Below, one piece after another: positions 1 through 10,182 of a stretch of 64,000 nt of DNA. A program made the translations under genes and the position numbers. Source of the DNA: Candidatus Bathyarchaeota archaeon (GTDB lineage: Archaea; Thermoproteota; Bathyarchaeia; Bathyarchaeales; Bathycorpusculaceae); NCBI GenBank assembly GCA_963828195.1, contig CAWHDT010000003.1:64001-128000 (forward strand), in the 5' to 3' direction. The notes under the pieces were generated by a model. It did no database searches. It had not been told where the DNA came from and was given only the letters and a program-made list of their open reading frames with translations. Each line of letters begins with the position of its first letter. The stretch's first letter is position 1.

Positions 1-2
1 CA

Positions 3-614
3 AGCGACTATTTTTCTTTTCTGTCGGTTGGTATGCTGAGCTTTGTTGTTCTTTTTGCCTCAATTTTCAGCGGAATGGCTATAGTTTTTGATCGGCAATC
101 AGGTTTTCTAAAGAAGATGCTTGTATCCTCTGTCTCGCGTGGAAACATAATTATGAGCTATGTGTTTTCGACAGTGCTTAAAGCCCTCGTACAGGTTGCT
201 ATTCTCTTGATTGTGGCAGTACTGCTTGGTATGCAAACTTCAAACATAACAGCCGTTGGGTTAATAGCCGCATTTATTGCGGAAGCCTTGCTTGTTATAG
301 GTCTTTCTGCCTTTTTCACAATGATCGGTATTTTGTCAGCCGACCCGAACGTTCAGTTGGCCGTTATGAGCTTTATTAGTTTGCCGTTGCTGTTTGCCAG
401 CAACTCGTTGTTTCCAACAAGCTCTATGCCGCAGTGGCTTCAATGGGTTGCAAAGGCTAATCCTCTTAGCTACTCAAGCGACGCAGCAAGGCAGACGCTG
501 CTTGGAACCTCGGGAATGACAAGTCTCATGTTAGATTTTGCTGTCCTCGCTGTATTTGCCGTCGTGTTTTCCTTGCTAAGCGTAATGCTTTCTCTGAAGC
601 TTCTTTCAAAATAA
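3..614 (+). CDS. ABC-2 type transporter permease (5'-truncated by window edge)
   Basis: Multi-TM protein with DRQSGFLKKMLVS and FP..MPQWLQWVAKANPLSY motifs; frame is open to the window start. Confidence 0.85.
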   Translation, partial: SDYFSFLSVGMLSFVVLFASIFSGMAIVFDRQSGFLKKMLVSSVSRGNIIMSYVFSTVLKALVQVAILLIVAVLLGMQTSNITAVGLIAAFIAEALLVIGLSAFFTMIGILSADPNVQLAVMSFISLPLLFASNSLFPTSSMPQWLQWVAKANPLSYSSDAARQTLLGTSGMTSLMLDFAVLAVFAVVFSLLSVMLSLKLLSK

Positions 615-659
615 TTACAATTTAGCGAAAAACAAACATTTCGTGGGTGCAAGAGTTTT

Positions 660-1139
660 TTAGAACCCGCTTTTAATCCATGTTTTGACGGTTTCAAAGC
701 AGAATGCAACCGCACAGCCAGCAATTACCACGGTTGTAAAAAAGTATCCACTTGTAATAATTTGCGGTCTTAGCAAAGTTAGCTCAATTATTAGGGCGGC
801 GACGGTGAAGATGGCATAGAACAAATATCTTGGAACAAGGAAATGGCTGATTTTCACTTCATTGTCCAAGACGACTTTGTCGATGACGTATTCGCCGTTT
901 TCCCGTTTAAGAAGCCCTGCCTCTTCCAGCTTGGACATGTGGTACAATGCGAGTGAGGGCGAGCTGAGGTTGAGGGCTCTTTGAACCTCGCGGATTCCCA
1001 CAGGCTTGCCGCTTTTGAGCACGAAACGGTAGACTTCAAGCGTTGTCCCCTTAAGTACGCCGTCGGTTTTGTCTGAGCCCAAGTTACCCCCTGATACGTC
1101 CATTAATTGAATGATTGATTTAAGCAAATCTGTGTTCAA
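660..1139 (-). CDS. Winged-helix transcriptional regulator with C-terminal TM helices
   Basis: GIREVQRALNLSSPSLALYHMSKLEEAGLL wHTH plus two hydrophobic helices; start may be ATG at 1103. Confidence 0.75.
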   Translation of the reverse strand: MNTDLLKSIIQLMDVSGGNLGSDKTDGVLKGTTLEVYRFVLKSGKPVGIREVQRALNLSSPSLALYHMSKLEEAGLLKRENGEYVIDKVVLDNEVKISHFLVPRYLFYAIFTVAALIIELTLLRPQIITSGYFFTTVVIAGCAVAFCFETVKTWIKSGF

Positions 1140-1207
1140 AACTTTGAACAGACAAAAAAGGGAACAGGTGGGGTGTTCAAAACTGTAGAATTAAGTAGCT
1201 CCCTGCC

Positions 1208-1855
1208 ATGGGTAACTTACGAAATTTAGGAGAAACAACTGTGACCAATCAAACTGCAAAATCAAAGGTTCCGGCGGTTGCCTATGCTTTAATCGTCGTG
1301 GTCATAGTCGCGGGTTTCATTGGCTACAACATGACCCAGCTGAATTTTGGGAAGGCAGGGCTTCTGGTTAAGCTCGGCTTGGTAAAGACGACTCCTGTGA
1401 CAACATATCATGACCTCTTTGGCTCCACACCTATCGTAGGCGGCAACTATTCATTCTCTCCCCCAGTCACAATGTACCGTGCAGTTACAATTGGCTTGGA
1501 AAGCGACGGGTGGAACGCAAGCAGCTTAAACAACATGACGGTACATGTTTCCCTTAACTACTACATATTTTACACAAATGTTACCGCACTATACCAGCTA
1601 ATATCCAAAGACAACATAACTCTAACAGGTTTACCAGATCCAAATTTGACTGGAGCCGCATCTGGGTTCGAAATCATAAACGCGGTAACTGCCCCAGTTG
1701 ATAATTATCAGCCGCAAATCTTTAACGGGGTATCCTGCAGGTACATCTGGGCCATAGAGGTTGAGCAAAATTCAGGAATGTGCATGCCGCCTCCGGGATA
1801 TTATTTGGTGGATGCAGCAACAGCCCAACTTATCCCAACAGGACCCCTCATATAA
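1208..1855 (+). CDS. Membrane-anchored hypothetical protein
   Basis: N-terminal TM helix, 215 aa ORF. Confidence 0.6.
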   Translation: MGNLRNLGETTVTNQTAKSKVPAVAYALIVVVIVAGFIGYNMTQLNFGKAGLLVKLGLVKTTPVTTYHDLFGSTPIVGGNYSFSPPVTMYRAVTIGLESDGWNASSLNNMTVHVSLNYYIFYTNVTALYQLISKDNITLTGLPDPNLTGAASGFEIINAVTAPVDNYQPQIFNGVSCRYIWAIEVEQNSGMCMPPPGYYLVDAATAQLIPTGPLI

Positions 1856-1877
1856 AACAATCCGCAAGTGACAGTCT

Positions 1878-3245
1878 ATGAGCGCACAAAAAAACAAAAT
1901 TGCCATCGCCATAACGCTTGCAATAGTTTTAGTTCTGCTTTTAGGCGGAGTAAGCTTCACATTCTTTCCTTCAAAGGTAACGTCCACGGCGCATCAGACA
2001 CCAGTGGCTCCTGAGTCATTCTTGCCGGCCACCAACTCTTCAATTGACACGAATACTTTGCTATTCGAAGTTTATTTTGCTCCACCAATGAATACAACCA
2101 TCGCGATTGAAAACGATGGAAGCATCAACTCAACCACAGCGCCAATTCAAAGAGTCGGCGACACATACACAGTTACAGCAAACATTGTTAACGAAACAAT
2201 CCTAATTCAAAAAGATAACATTGTGTTAAATGGCGATGGGCACACGCTGGAAGGCTTCGGCAGCGGTTTTGTTTGGGCTTATGAAGCAATAGACTTGCAA
2301 AACGTAAAAAACGTCACTGTCGAAAATTTTGATGTTGATTCTTTCTGGCAGCCGATTCAAGCTCATGACTCATTAAACTTCCAAATTAAAGACAACAACT
2401 TGACAAATTGCGGTTCAGAGGCAATAATGCTTGATTCATGCAACGGCTCTGTCGTTTCAGGCAACATTTTGGAAGGATCAATCGACATATTCAACGGTGT
2501 GGCGCAATCAGCAACCAACGCTATAACCGGAAATACCCTGTATGATGCTGCGGAGGGCATCCAAATCTACGGAAGTTCCTTCAACATCATAAGTGGCAAC
2601 TTGCTCACAAACATCTATGACAACATCGGAGTAGACGGTAACTCAAGCGTAATTTCAAATAATGTTATGCTAAACGGGATTGAAGGTATTTTTGCAGGAG
2701 GCGACACAGTAATCTTTGGCAACACCGTGGATAATATGACTGATATTGGTTTAGAAGTCCAGGGTCAAAATAACACGATATATGCAAACACTGTTGAAAA
2801 CGCTAAATGCGGCGTTTCTCTGCAAATAAGCAATGGACCGGGAAGCACCGTTTTCTACGACAACAACTTCATCAATATCACGCAAAACCTTCAATTTGAC
2901 CAAGCTGCAGAACCCGCTCTTTGGGATAACGGCAAAGTAGGCAACTACTGGAGCAGCAACAACGGAACCACCGAAAACGGCGGAGTAGGCGACTCACCAT
3001 ACAATTTGGGAGGCAACAATGTAGATGAGTACCCGCTTATGCAGCCTTATGCTTACGCTGTTCCCCAATCAACCGCTATCGTGGCAGGTGGCTCCTCGAC
3101 TGGTCTGCTCTTCTTTACCTTTGCAATAATAGTGGCAGCTATCGGAGCCGTCGCGACGCTTTGCCTATACATTAGAAATAAAGCCGCTTTGAGACCCAAA
3201 AATGGGGATTTTCCCAGTTTCAACGGGGAGAAGAACAACATTTGA
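1878..3245 (+). CDS. Secreted right-handed beta-helix (NosD/CASH-like) surface protein
   Basis: Signal anchor, N/I-rich beta-helix repeats, WDNGKVGNYWS and D.YPLM motifs, C-terminal TM. Confidence 0.8.
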   Translation: MSAQKNKIAIAITLAIVLVLLLGGVSFTFFPSKVTSTAHQTPVAPESFLPATNSSIDTNTLLFEVYFAPPMNTTIAIENDGSINSTTAPIQRVGDTYTVTANIVNETILIQKDNIVLNGDGHTLEGFGSGFVWAYEAIDLQNVKNVTVENFDVDSFWQPIQAHDSLNFQIKDNNLTNCGSEAIMLDSCNGSVVSGNILEGSIDIFNGVAQSATNAITGNTLYDAAEGIQIYGSSFNIISGNLLTNIYDNIGVDGNSSVISNNVMLNGIEGIFAGGDTVIFGNTVDNMTDIGLEVQGQNNTIYANTVENAKCGVSLQISNGPGSTVFYDNNFINITQNLQFDQAAEPALWDNGKVGNYWSSNNGTTENGGVGDSPYNLGGNNVDEYPLMQPYAYAVPQSTAIVAGGSSTGLLFFTFAIIVAAIGAVATLCLYIRNKAALRPKNGDFPSFNGEKNNI

Positions 3246-3336
3246 ATTTAGGGTGTTGTTGTTCTTTCAAAAACCTTCAGAAATAGCGACGTCTTGACAT
3301 TTTTGCTTTTTCAAATTCAGATAACCTTATATTTAC

Positions 3337-3545
3337 GCCCTAAACAAAAAATAAAGCCAGAACAAGCCCTAAACTCTAAGCCACCAACCGACCTATAGAC
3401 CTACATACTATTTGCGCCAAAAAACAACCACAAAAAGCAAACAGTAGCAGAAGAAGAAAAAAACTTTTTACAGGCTTCTTCTTCTTTTAAAAAAATGTTG
3501 CCGAGAAGAGCAACAGTTGTTCCCCAAGTGTTGTTGTTCTTTTAA
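3337..3545 (+). repeat. Dispersed ~210-bp intergenic repeat, copy 1
   Basis: Colinear with the reverse complement of ~50135-50344 (ACAAGCCCT, CCTAT.GACCTAC.TACTATTTG, AGAAGAAGAAAAA, GCTTCTTCTTCTTTT, CAACAGTTGTT, GTGTTGTTGTTCTTT). Confidence 0.75.
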
Positions 3546-3782
3546 TTTAAAACTTGCTAACGAAAACCAGCCACAAAAAGATAAAAAATAAAAAAGGTAC
3601 TGAAAAGAGGAAGGTGTGTTATTTCATAATGACTTTTTGGTCTTTCGAAAAGGGGCAGCTAACGCTTGAGAAAAAAAGATTCTTGCAAGTGCTTTTTACT
3701 CGCCGTTTTGATTTTCGCGAGCTTTTTAACCCTGCCTAAGATTGAGAAAGCATTAAATCTCCACGCATTCCACTACTAACCC

Positions 3783-5189
3783 ATGAAAGCTTTTCTCGGT
3801 TACATCAAAGAGGAAAACATGGGGTTATTCACAGATTTTTATGAATTGACTATGTGTGCAAGTTATTTTGATAACAAAAATTTTGAACCCGCAACCTTCG
3901 ACTTGTTTATTAGACGACTGCCAGAAAACCGCTCCTACTTCTTATTCGCGGGGTTAGAAGAAGCCTTGCAGTACCTGGAAAGCGTCAGATTCACTGAGGA
4001 GCATTTGACTTATCTGAAAAAACAGGGGTTCAAAGAGGAATTTCTTGATTACCTGTGTGGATTTAGGTTCACGGGCGATGTCTTCGCTGTCCCAGAGGGC
4101 ACAGTTGTTTTTCCAAATGAACCCTTGATCCGCGTTACCGCACCGATAATTGAAGCCCAGCTGATTGAAACGTTTTTGCTAAACAGCGTTAACTTGCAAA
4201 CCATGATAGCGACAAAAGCCTCGCGGGTAGTGCATGCAGCAAAGGGAAAATCCGTGATTGAATTTGGCTTGCGGAGAGAACATGGCATCGACGCAGGCAT
4301 GAAAGTGGCGAGGAGCAGCTACATCGCTGGGTGCCAAGGCACCAGCAACGTTTTGGCAGGGCAAGCCTACGGCATCCCGGTTTTCGGAACCATGGCTCAC
4401 TCCTTCATAATGTCTTACCCCAAAGAGATTGATGCGTTCCGAGCTTTCGCCAAAACTTTCCCAAACAAATCCACACTTCTCATAGATACTTACGACGACA
4501 TTTCGGGCGCTGAAAAAGCCGCAATTGTAGCTAAAGAGCTTGAGGCCAAGGGCTTTAGGCTTGGAGGCGTCCGATTGGACAGCGGTGATTTAGAGAAAAC
4601 CAGCAAAAAAGTCAGAAAAATTCTTGATGCTCAGGGCTTGGAATATGTGAAGATTTTTGTAAGTGGCGACTTGGACGAATACAAAATTTCGGAGCTTCTC
4701 GGTGGGCGAGCAAAAATTGATTCGTTCGGGGTGGGAACAAAGATGGGAACGTCAGCTGATAGGCCTTACTTGGATGTGATTTACAAGCTCTGTGAAACCA
4801 TGGCGTCTGACGGCAGCTTTTCTCCGATTATGAAGTTAAGCAGGGACAAAATTACTTTGCCAGGTCGAAAACAGGTTTACCGCTTTACCGACGCGGCAGG
4901 GAATTTTGAAAAAGACACTATTGCCCTATATGATGAAAAAATGCTGGGTGAACCTTTGCTGGTTGAAGTTATGGAAAAAGGCAAATTGATCTATAAGTTG
5001 CCTTCGCTTGATACAATTCGAGCTGTTGCTACAGAGAATCTATCCAAGTTTCCTGAAGAGTATAAAGCATTAACCGATGCTCCTGTTTACCCCGTTGAGT
5101 TAAGCAGAAACTTGCTGAGCCTAGTTAAAACCTTAAAGCGCCAGTTAACTCTAAAAGAGGTAAATCGGGGTTCTGATCTTCACGCTTAA
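3783..5189 (+). CDS. pncB: Nicotinate phosphoribosyltransferase
   Basis: TDFYELTM, EFGLRR, GTSNV, GTMAHS, LIDTYD, VRLDSGD, DSFGVGT motifs. Confidence 0.95.
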   Translation: MKAFLGYIKEENMGLFTDFYELTMCASYFDNKNFEPATFDLFIRRLPENRSYFLFAGLEEALQYLESVRFTEEHLTYLKKQGFKEEFLDYLCGFRFTGDVFAVPEGTVVFPNEPLIRVTAPIIEAQLIETFLLNSVNLQTMIATKASRVVHAAKGKSVIEFGLRREHGIDAGMKVARSSYIAGCQGTSNVLAGQAYGIPVFGTMAHSFIMSYPKEIDAFRAFAKTFPNKSTLLIDTYDDISGAEKAAIVAKELEAKGFRLGGVRLDSGDLEKTSKKVRKILDAQGLEYVKIFVSGDLDEYKISELLGGRAKIDSFGVGTKMGTSADRPYLDVIYKLCETMASDGSFSPIMKLSRDKITLPGRKQVYRFTDAAGNFEKDTIALYDEKMLGEPLLVEVMEKGKLIYKLPSLDTIRAVATENLSKFPEEYKALTDAPVYPVELSRNLLSLVKTLKRQLTLKEVNRGSDLHA

Positions 5190-5392
5190 CTTTTCTTATT
5201 TTTCTCATGTTTCTTTTTTTTGTATTCCCCGCAGTAACTGTTGCCGCCTGCCCTGCATTGCTTAGAAACTTTATCGCATTCTTTTATGTATTCGCAGCTG
5301 TAAAAAAAGCCGTCAATTCTCTCTTGCAAACCAACAAATGCTCCCTTAACTCTTTCCAAGTGAAGCGCCCAATGAACTATCATTGTGTTCAC
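5186..5392 (-). CDS. Small Cys-rich hypothetical protein
   Basis: Four Cys (CEYIKECDKVSKQC...YC) and a Lys-rich tail; fills an intergenic gap. Confidence 0.35.
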   Translation of the reverse strand: MNTMIVHWALHLERVKGAFVGLQERIDGFFYSCEYIKECDKVSKQCRAGGNSYCGEYKKKKHEKNKKS

Positions 5393-5487
5393 TATATTAG
5401 GTAACCGCTATTTCGTGGAAATATGGCAAACCCTTAATAGCTCTTGTAGAAAAGGATAAGTGCTATTCAAAAAGGGAAGACGTAATT

Positions 5488-6693
5488 ATGCAAAATCGCC
5501 CAGCCATAGTTGGTGTTGGCAGAACAAAGTTTGGAGAGCATTATGGCAAAGAACCAGAAAAACTAATTGAGGAAGCCTGGCTTGCCGCTTCAAACGAATT
5601 TAATATAGAACGCAAAGACTTAGAAGCCTGTTACATGTCAGATTGTTTTCTTCCCATCACAAATAAACTGGGCTTAGAAGAAGGCTTCCTCTCGGAACTT
5701 ACCGAACTGCACGTTCCTATGGAGGTAACTCGCTCTTTCAGCGCAGCGTTATTAACCGCTTGCCACGCGATTCAAGCAGGAGTATACAACACGGTTCTGG
5801 TCGGCGGCATAGAAAAAATGACTGACCGCTGGGACAAAATACGCGATGACCTCATGCTTCTGGAAGATCCATGGAGCTACTATGCAGGCGGGACTCCCGA
5901 AGCAAACCATGAACTCCTGTTGAGAGCTTACATTAAAAAGCACAACATAACTGGCGAAAACCTTGACAAACTCAACATCGCTCTAGCTCAAGTCGCAGTT
6001 AAAAACCACGCGAACGCAACCAAAAACAAGTATGCTCAGTACCAAAGAAAAATCACTGTTGAACAAGTCTTGAACGCGCGGAAAGCAGCGCATAAATCCC
6101 TGGGACTCTACGATTTTGCCCCAATCTCTGATGGCGCATCAGCCTTGATTCTTACAAGCGAAGCAGTAGCCAAAAAATCGGTTGCCCATCCAGTTTACGT
6201 TTTAGGCTGCACTTCAGCGACCGATTACCTGAATTACTCAGCAAGAGACGATTTGTCTCATTTTATCGCGGCTGAAATCGCCATGAAGAATGCTTCTCAA
6301 ATGGCTAAAACAGCCGTCTCTGACATGCAGGTTATTGAAGTAAACGACCAGTCAACCATGATGGAGCTTGTTTCCCTCGAAGACTTAGGCTTCTGCGCGC
6401 CGGGAACAGCTTGGAAGAATATTTATGAAAGCTGCCAAAATAACCAAAATTGCTATGAAATTGGCGGCAGGCAACTTTACGTTAACACGGATGGCGGGTT
6501 AAAAGCAGATGGCAACCCGCTAGGCGCCACCGGCGGGGCACAAATTTTTGAGATTTACCGCCAGTTAAAAGGTGAAGCGGGCGAACGCCAAGTTAAAATC
6601 GCCAACGGTTCACCGAAAAATGGTTGTGTTCTTGAGTTTGAAGGCTTTGGAACTAAAGCTTACGTTAGCATCTTGGGAGAGAAGAAAGATTGA
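5488..6693 (+). CDS. Thiolase-fold protein (archaeal acetoacetyl-CoA thiolase family) with degenerate catalytic motifs
   Basis: IVGVGRTKFG, VAVKNHANA, PISDGASA, GGLKADGNPLGATG; nucleophilic Cys motif and both His motifs are altered. Confidence 0.85.
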   Translation: MQNRPAIVGVGRTKFGEHYGKEPEKLIEEAWLAASNEFNIERKDLEACYMSDCFLPITNKLGLEEGFLSELTELHVPMEVTRSFSAALLTACHAIQAGVYNTVLVGGIEKMTDRWDKIRDDLMLLEDPWSYYAGGTPEANHELLLRAYIKKHNITGENLDKLNIALAQVAVKNHANATKNKYAQYQRKITVEQVLNARKAAHKSLGLYDFAPISDGASALILTSEAVAKKSVAHPVYVLGCTSATDYLNYSARDDLSHFIAAEIAMKNASQMAKTAVSDMQVIEVNDQSTMMELVSLEDLGFCAPGTAWKNIYESCQNNQNCYEIGGRQLYVNTDGGLKADGNPLGATGGAQIFEIYRQLKGEAGERQVKIANGSPKNGCVLEFEGFGTKAYVSILGEKKD

Positions 6694-8198
6694 GTAGCGA
6701 ACCGATAGAGCGGCGGGTTTCTTATTTAGGCGATAGGTTACGGGCAAGCCGCTGTCAAAGCTGCGGCAAAGAATACTTTGAAGTTAGAGATTACTGCAGC
6801 AACTGCGGCAGAAAAAGCTACGGCAAAATGGCTAGCATAGATCTATTTTATGATAAAGGTAAACTTGAACTATGCACCCTCATCAACGAGCCTACCAATA
6901 AGTTCATGAAATTTCCCAGTTTCGTCTACGGCATCATTTCTTTCCACGATGGTAAAATTCGTGTTCCAGGAAGGTTAACTGATCAGTTGATAACTGACAG
7001 TGCGGATGTTGATTTTTCAAGCCTTGAGGGCAGAGAAGTGATTCCGCGTTTTAGAAGGCGCTATTCAGTCGGCAAAAACGACTTGATTCCAACCATCTCT
7101 TTAGCCTTCACTTTAGCCGACGAGTATTATCCCCATCAAGAATACAGTATGCTTGCGCCAAACAAAGAATATGAAATCCCCGGAGTGGTAGGCTACGGCG
7201 TTTACACATCTAAGTTTCGAATAAAAGAAAGCGGGTTGGAACGTGCTGTTCCCTTCATTGACGAAGATTCGGTGACAGCCGCTGTGGAAGCGGGAAAACT
7301 GGCTCTGATTCATTCAGGTGTTGACAGCAGGCTGGTTGGCAAAGTTTATGTTGGCTCCGAATCGAACCCCTATGCAGTTAAGCCAATTGCCTCAAAGGTG
7401 GCTCAAGTGCTTAAACTTGGCGAAGAAGACGGCGACATCCAAGGCGTGGACGCTGTAGACACCGAGTTTGCTTGTAAAGCAGCAACAAGCATGTTCAAAG
7501 ATGCAGCTGCCCTTGTCAGCTACCCAAGGTCAGGCATAAAATACACCATGGTTATCGGCGCCGATAACTCTCAAGCAGCACCCCGAGGCTGCCTCGGCGG
7601 CGAACTGGACGCGTTTGTTGGGTACGGCGGCGCCGCGTTTATTTTTGGGAAACATGACGTTATCGCTGAAGTCGAGGGATGGTACTCTTGCACGTCTGAT
7701 ACCCCCGATTTTTGGCGCAGAGACGGCGAACCTTTCCCGATGCATGGTGGAAGATTCACAGGCGACCCAGCCTATTTCAAGCATGTCAGAAAAGCGACGT
7801 GTAAACTTATGGAACGCTTTAACCTCAAAGCAAATGACTTGAACTATTTTGTGGCGCATCAGCCTAACCCCACGTTCCCAGTCAGGATGGCAAAGGAGCT
7901 GGGTTTTAAGGATGAGCAGTATTTGCCTGCGCTTCAAATTAACAAGTTCGGAAACACTTATTCCGGTTGCTCACCTGTTGGTTTAGCAGCCGTGTTAGAT
8001 GTCGCTGAGCCTGAACAACGCATCTTAGTTGCAAGTTACGGTTCAGGCGCGGGAAGCGACGCGTATTTACTTAGAACCACCAGCCAACTTCTTGACAAGC
8101 GAAGACGCCAAAAAGTTAACGTTAAATTTCAAGCAGAAAACCCGTTCATAGAGTACGTGGATTACCAGACTTATCGCCGATTTAAGCTTGGTATGTAA
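6690..8198 (+). CDS. DUF35 (Zn-ribbon/OB-fold) - HMG-CoA synthase fusion
   Basis: N-terminal CQSCG...CSNCG plus OB region; C-terminal archaeal HMGCS with GSESNPYAVKP, EFACKAAT, HQPN, GNTYSG, SYGSGAGSDA; overlaps the thiolase stop (TTGA). Confidence 0.9.
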   Translation: MSSEPIERRVSYLGDRLRASRCQSCGKEYFEVRDYCSNCGRKSYGKMASIDLFYDKGKLELCTLINEPTNKFMKFPSFVYGIISFHDGKIRVPGRLTDQLITDSADVDFSSLEGREVIPRFRRRYSVGKNDLIPTISLAFTLADEYYPHQEYSMLAPNKEYEIPGVVGYGVYTSKFRIKESGLERAVPFIDEDSVTAAVEAGKLALIHSGVDSRLVGKVYVGSESNPYAVKPIASKVAQVLKLGEEDGDIQGVDAVDTEFACKAATSMFKDAAALVSYPRSGIKYTMVIGADNSQAAPRGCLGGELDAFVGYGGAAFIFGKHDVIAEVEGWYSCTSDTPDFWRRDGEPFPMHGGRFTGDPAYFKHVRKATCKLMERFNLKANDLNYFVAHQPNPTFPVRMAKELGFKDEQYLPALQINKFGNTYSGCSPVGLAAVLDVAEPEQRILVASYGSGAGSDAYLLRTTSQLLDKRRRQKVNVKFQAENPFIEYVDYQTYRRFKLGM

Positions 8199-8252
8199 CA
8201 AATACTTTAATAAATCACGCGTTAATGTCTGATAGCGACGGAGCCAAAAGAA

Positions 8253-9533
8253 TTGATTCTCGACGACATACCGCAAGTTGTTTACGCACCTGCAAAAGCA
8301 TTCAAGAAAATAATTGAAAACCCCAAATACTTGGGTGCAATAGTAATTCTGGTTCTTTTCATAGGCTTACAGATTGCTTATAGCTATTCACAGTTCTCAA
8401 GCACTTACACAGAAAACACGTCCCCGTCAATTACTAATTTATCAAATTACGTCAATGCGACGGCGACCTCATCAGGGTTGCCGCTTTGGAACTCCATCTC
8501 CGGCGCATCTTTCAGCAACAACAATGTTGACTTCTACAACTACACCATTTACGTCCCCGCGATTGCGGAAAACTATACTTTGTTTGGCAACAGCAGCTTA
8601 GAAATCGACGCTGCAAACGCCACAGACGTTTCAGCTACATTAAGCAACGCTTTCGACGTGAACTGCGGCGCCGGCGGCTTTGAAAACCTTTCAATGGCGC
8701 TTCAACTGGTTGAGCCGCAGGCTGTGCCTCAAAGCGCAGCTTTAACACTTTACTCAGTTAATGCTTCAAACTACTACACATACGATTTGACTTCTTCACT
8801 GTCAAATCCCTCAGACATTAACCAGTGGAATAACCTAACGCTTCCAGTGGGTTCATCCGCGCAGGGCTGGACGCCCACAGGGAATCCTTCCTGGGGCAAC
8901 ATAACATCACTAATGTTAAACTTCAATTACCCATCCGCCACAAACGTAACCATCCTCATCGGCACCTTGTTCTTCCACGGTCAATACCAAACATTTAACC
9001 AAGCCTTCGGACCTACACCGCTAATCTCATTTTTAGAAGCGTACTCTTTGCAGTTCATTTTCAGTTGGTTCCTGTTAACAGCGTTGCTTTACATTTTCTT
9101 CAAAGCACTCAAAGCCAACATAACTTGGAAACCGATTTTCATCTCTACAGCTTTTGCATTATTCGTGATGGTTGTTCGATCCGTAGTAAATCTTATCGCG
9201 ACATTTACCTTGCCGGCAGTTTATTACCCCTACGATTTGTCGCTTGGAGTAACCTCGAACGTTTTTGGCGCGGTATCTGTTCCCTCAGCGGCGGCAACCA
9301 CCTATTCAGCGCAAACGCAAGCAATCCTCAGCCACATCACATCTCTGACTTCAACTTTCAACGGAATAATAGAAGTGATGTTTCTGGTTTCATACATTTG
9401 GTTAGGTGTCCTCTGCACAATAATTGTTGGAACACTCAAACCCGAGTTCTCAATGATGAAGCGCATAACCATTGCAGCGGTAAGCGTCGCAGTCACCCTG
9501 CTACTCCTACTACTATTCGTGGGCCTAGTGTAA
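8253..9533 (+). CDS. Yip1-like membrane protein with large extracellular insert
   Basis: VYAPAKAFKKI N-terminal motif, TM helices at both ends. Confidence 0.6.
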   Translation: MILDDIPQVVYAPAKAFKKIIENPKYLGAIVILVLFIGLQIAYSYSQFSSTYTENTSPSITNLSNYVNATATSSGLPLWNSISGASFSNNNVDFYNYTIYVPAIAENYTLFGNSSLEIDAANATDVSATLSNAFDVNCGAGGFENLSMALQLVEPQAVPQSAALTLYSVNASNYYTYDLTSSLSNPSDINQWNNLTLPVGSSAQGWTPTGNPSWGNITSLMLNFNYPSATNVTILIGTLFFHGQYQTFNQAFGPTPLISFLEAYSLQFIFSWFLLTALLYIFFKALKANITWKPIFISTAFALFVMVVRSVVNLIATFTLPAVYYPYDLSLGVTSNVFGAVSVPSAAATTYSAQTQAILSHITSLTSTFNGIIEVMFLVSYIWLGVLCTIIVGTLKPEFSMMKRITIAAVSVAVTLLLLLLFVGLV

Positions 9534-9798
9534 AAATCAACTAACCCCTAAGCAACCCCTATCTTCTTTTGCTTTTCACATCTTAAACACAGCAAAGTTA
9601 GGGCTTATCGAGGTTTCTGTCGGCGCTTTGTTTGGATTTTGTTTGTTGTGCGTTGGGTTGCTTTTTTGGTTTAGCGTTTGTTTTTTTGGCAGGTTGCGTT
9701 TTTTCCCGTTCGCTTCCGTTGTATCCCGTTGTTTCCCGTTGAACGCCGTTTCTATCCGTTTGTAAATGCCAAAGCAAGAAGAAATAAACAAGAACAAT

Positions 9799-10005
9799 AT
9801 GCCCTAACAGAAAAAGTCACCTTCACCGCCACGCTCCAAGCAGCCAACACCGTGCAGATCCCGAAGCTAATCCGTTGGCAATTCTTCTGCTCAAAAATCC
9901 GCAAAGACGACGCATAACGATCCCAAAACTGGTGCTCATCCACCTCCCAAACGAAAAAACAAACCTAACAGGCAACCCAGTAGAAATAACGCTTGAACCA
10001 GCATA
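9799..10005 (+). pseudogene. Decayed double AbrB/MazE-like regulator
   Basis: Frameshifted fragments (MP)LTEKVTFTATLQAANTVQIPKLIRWQF and KD(G)RITIPKLVLIHL...VEITLEPA. Confidence 0.5.
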
Positions 10006-10084
10006 CCAAAAATAAAAAAGACACCCCCGACAATTTGCAAAGCTGCCAACCAACCTCATAAAATAGACTATACCCAGCAAGCTT

Positions 10085-10175
10085 TAGTGGAAAAACTCCG
10101 AGGGAAGCATGCGGAATAACCATTGAAGGCGAAAACAAATGGAAAACTCTGATACAAAATGCGAGCAAAAACAAG
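10085..10175 (+). pseudogene. 3' remnant of IS6-like DDE transposase
   Basis: Encodes GKTPREACGITIEGENKWKTLIQNASK, closely matching the C-terminus of the intact transposase at 53372-54496. Confidence 0.8.
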
Positions 10176-10182
10176 CAAAATT

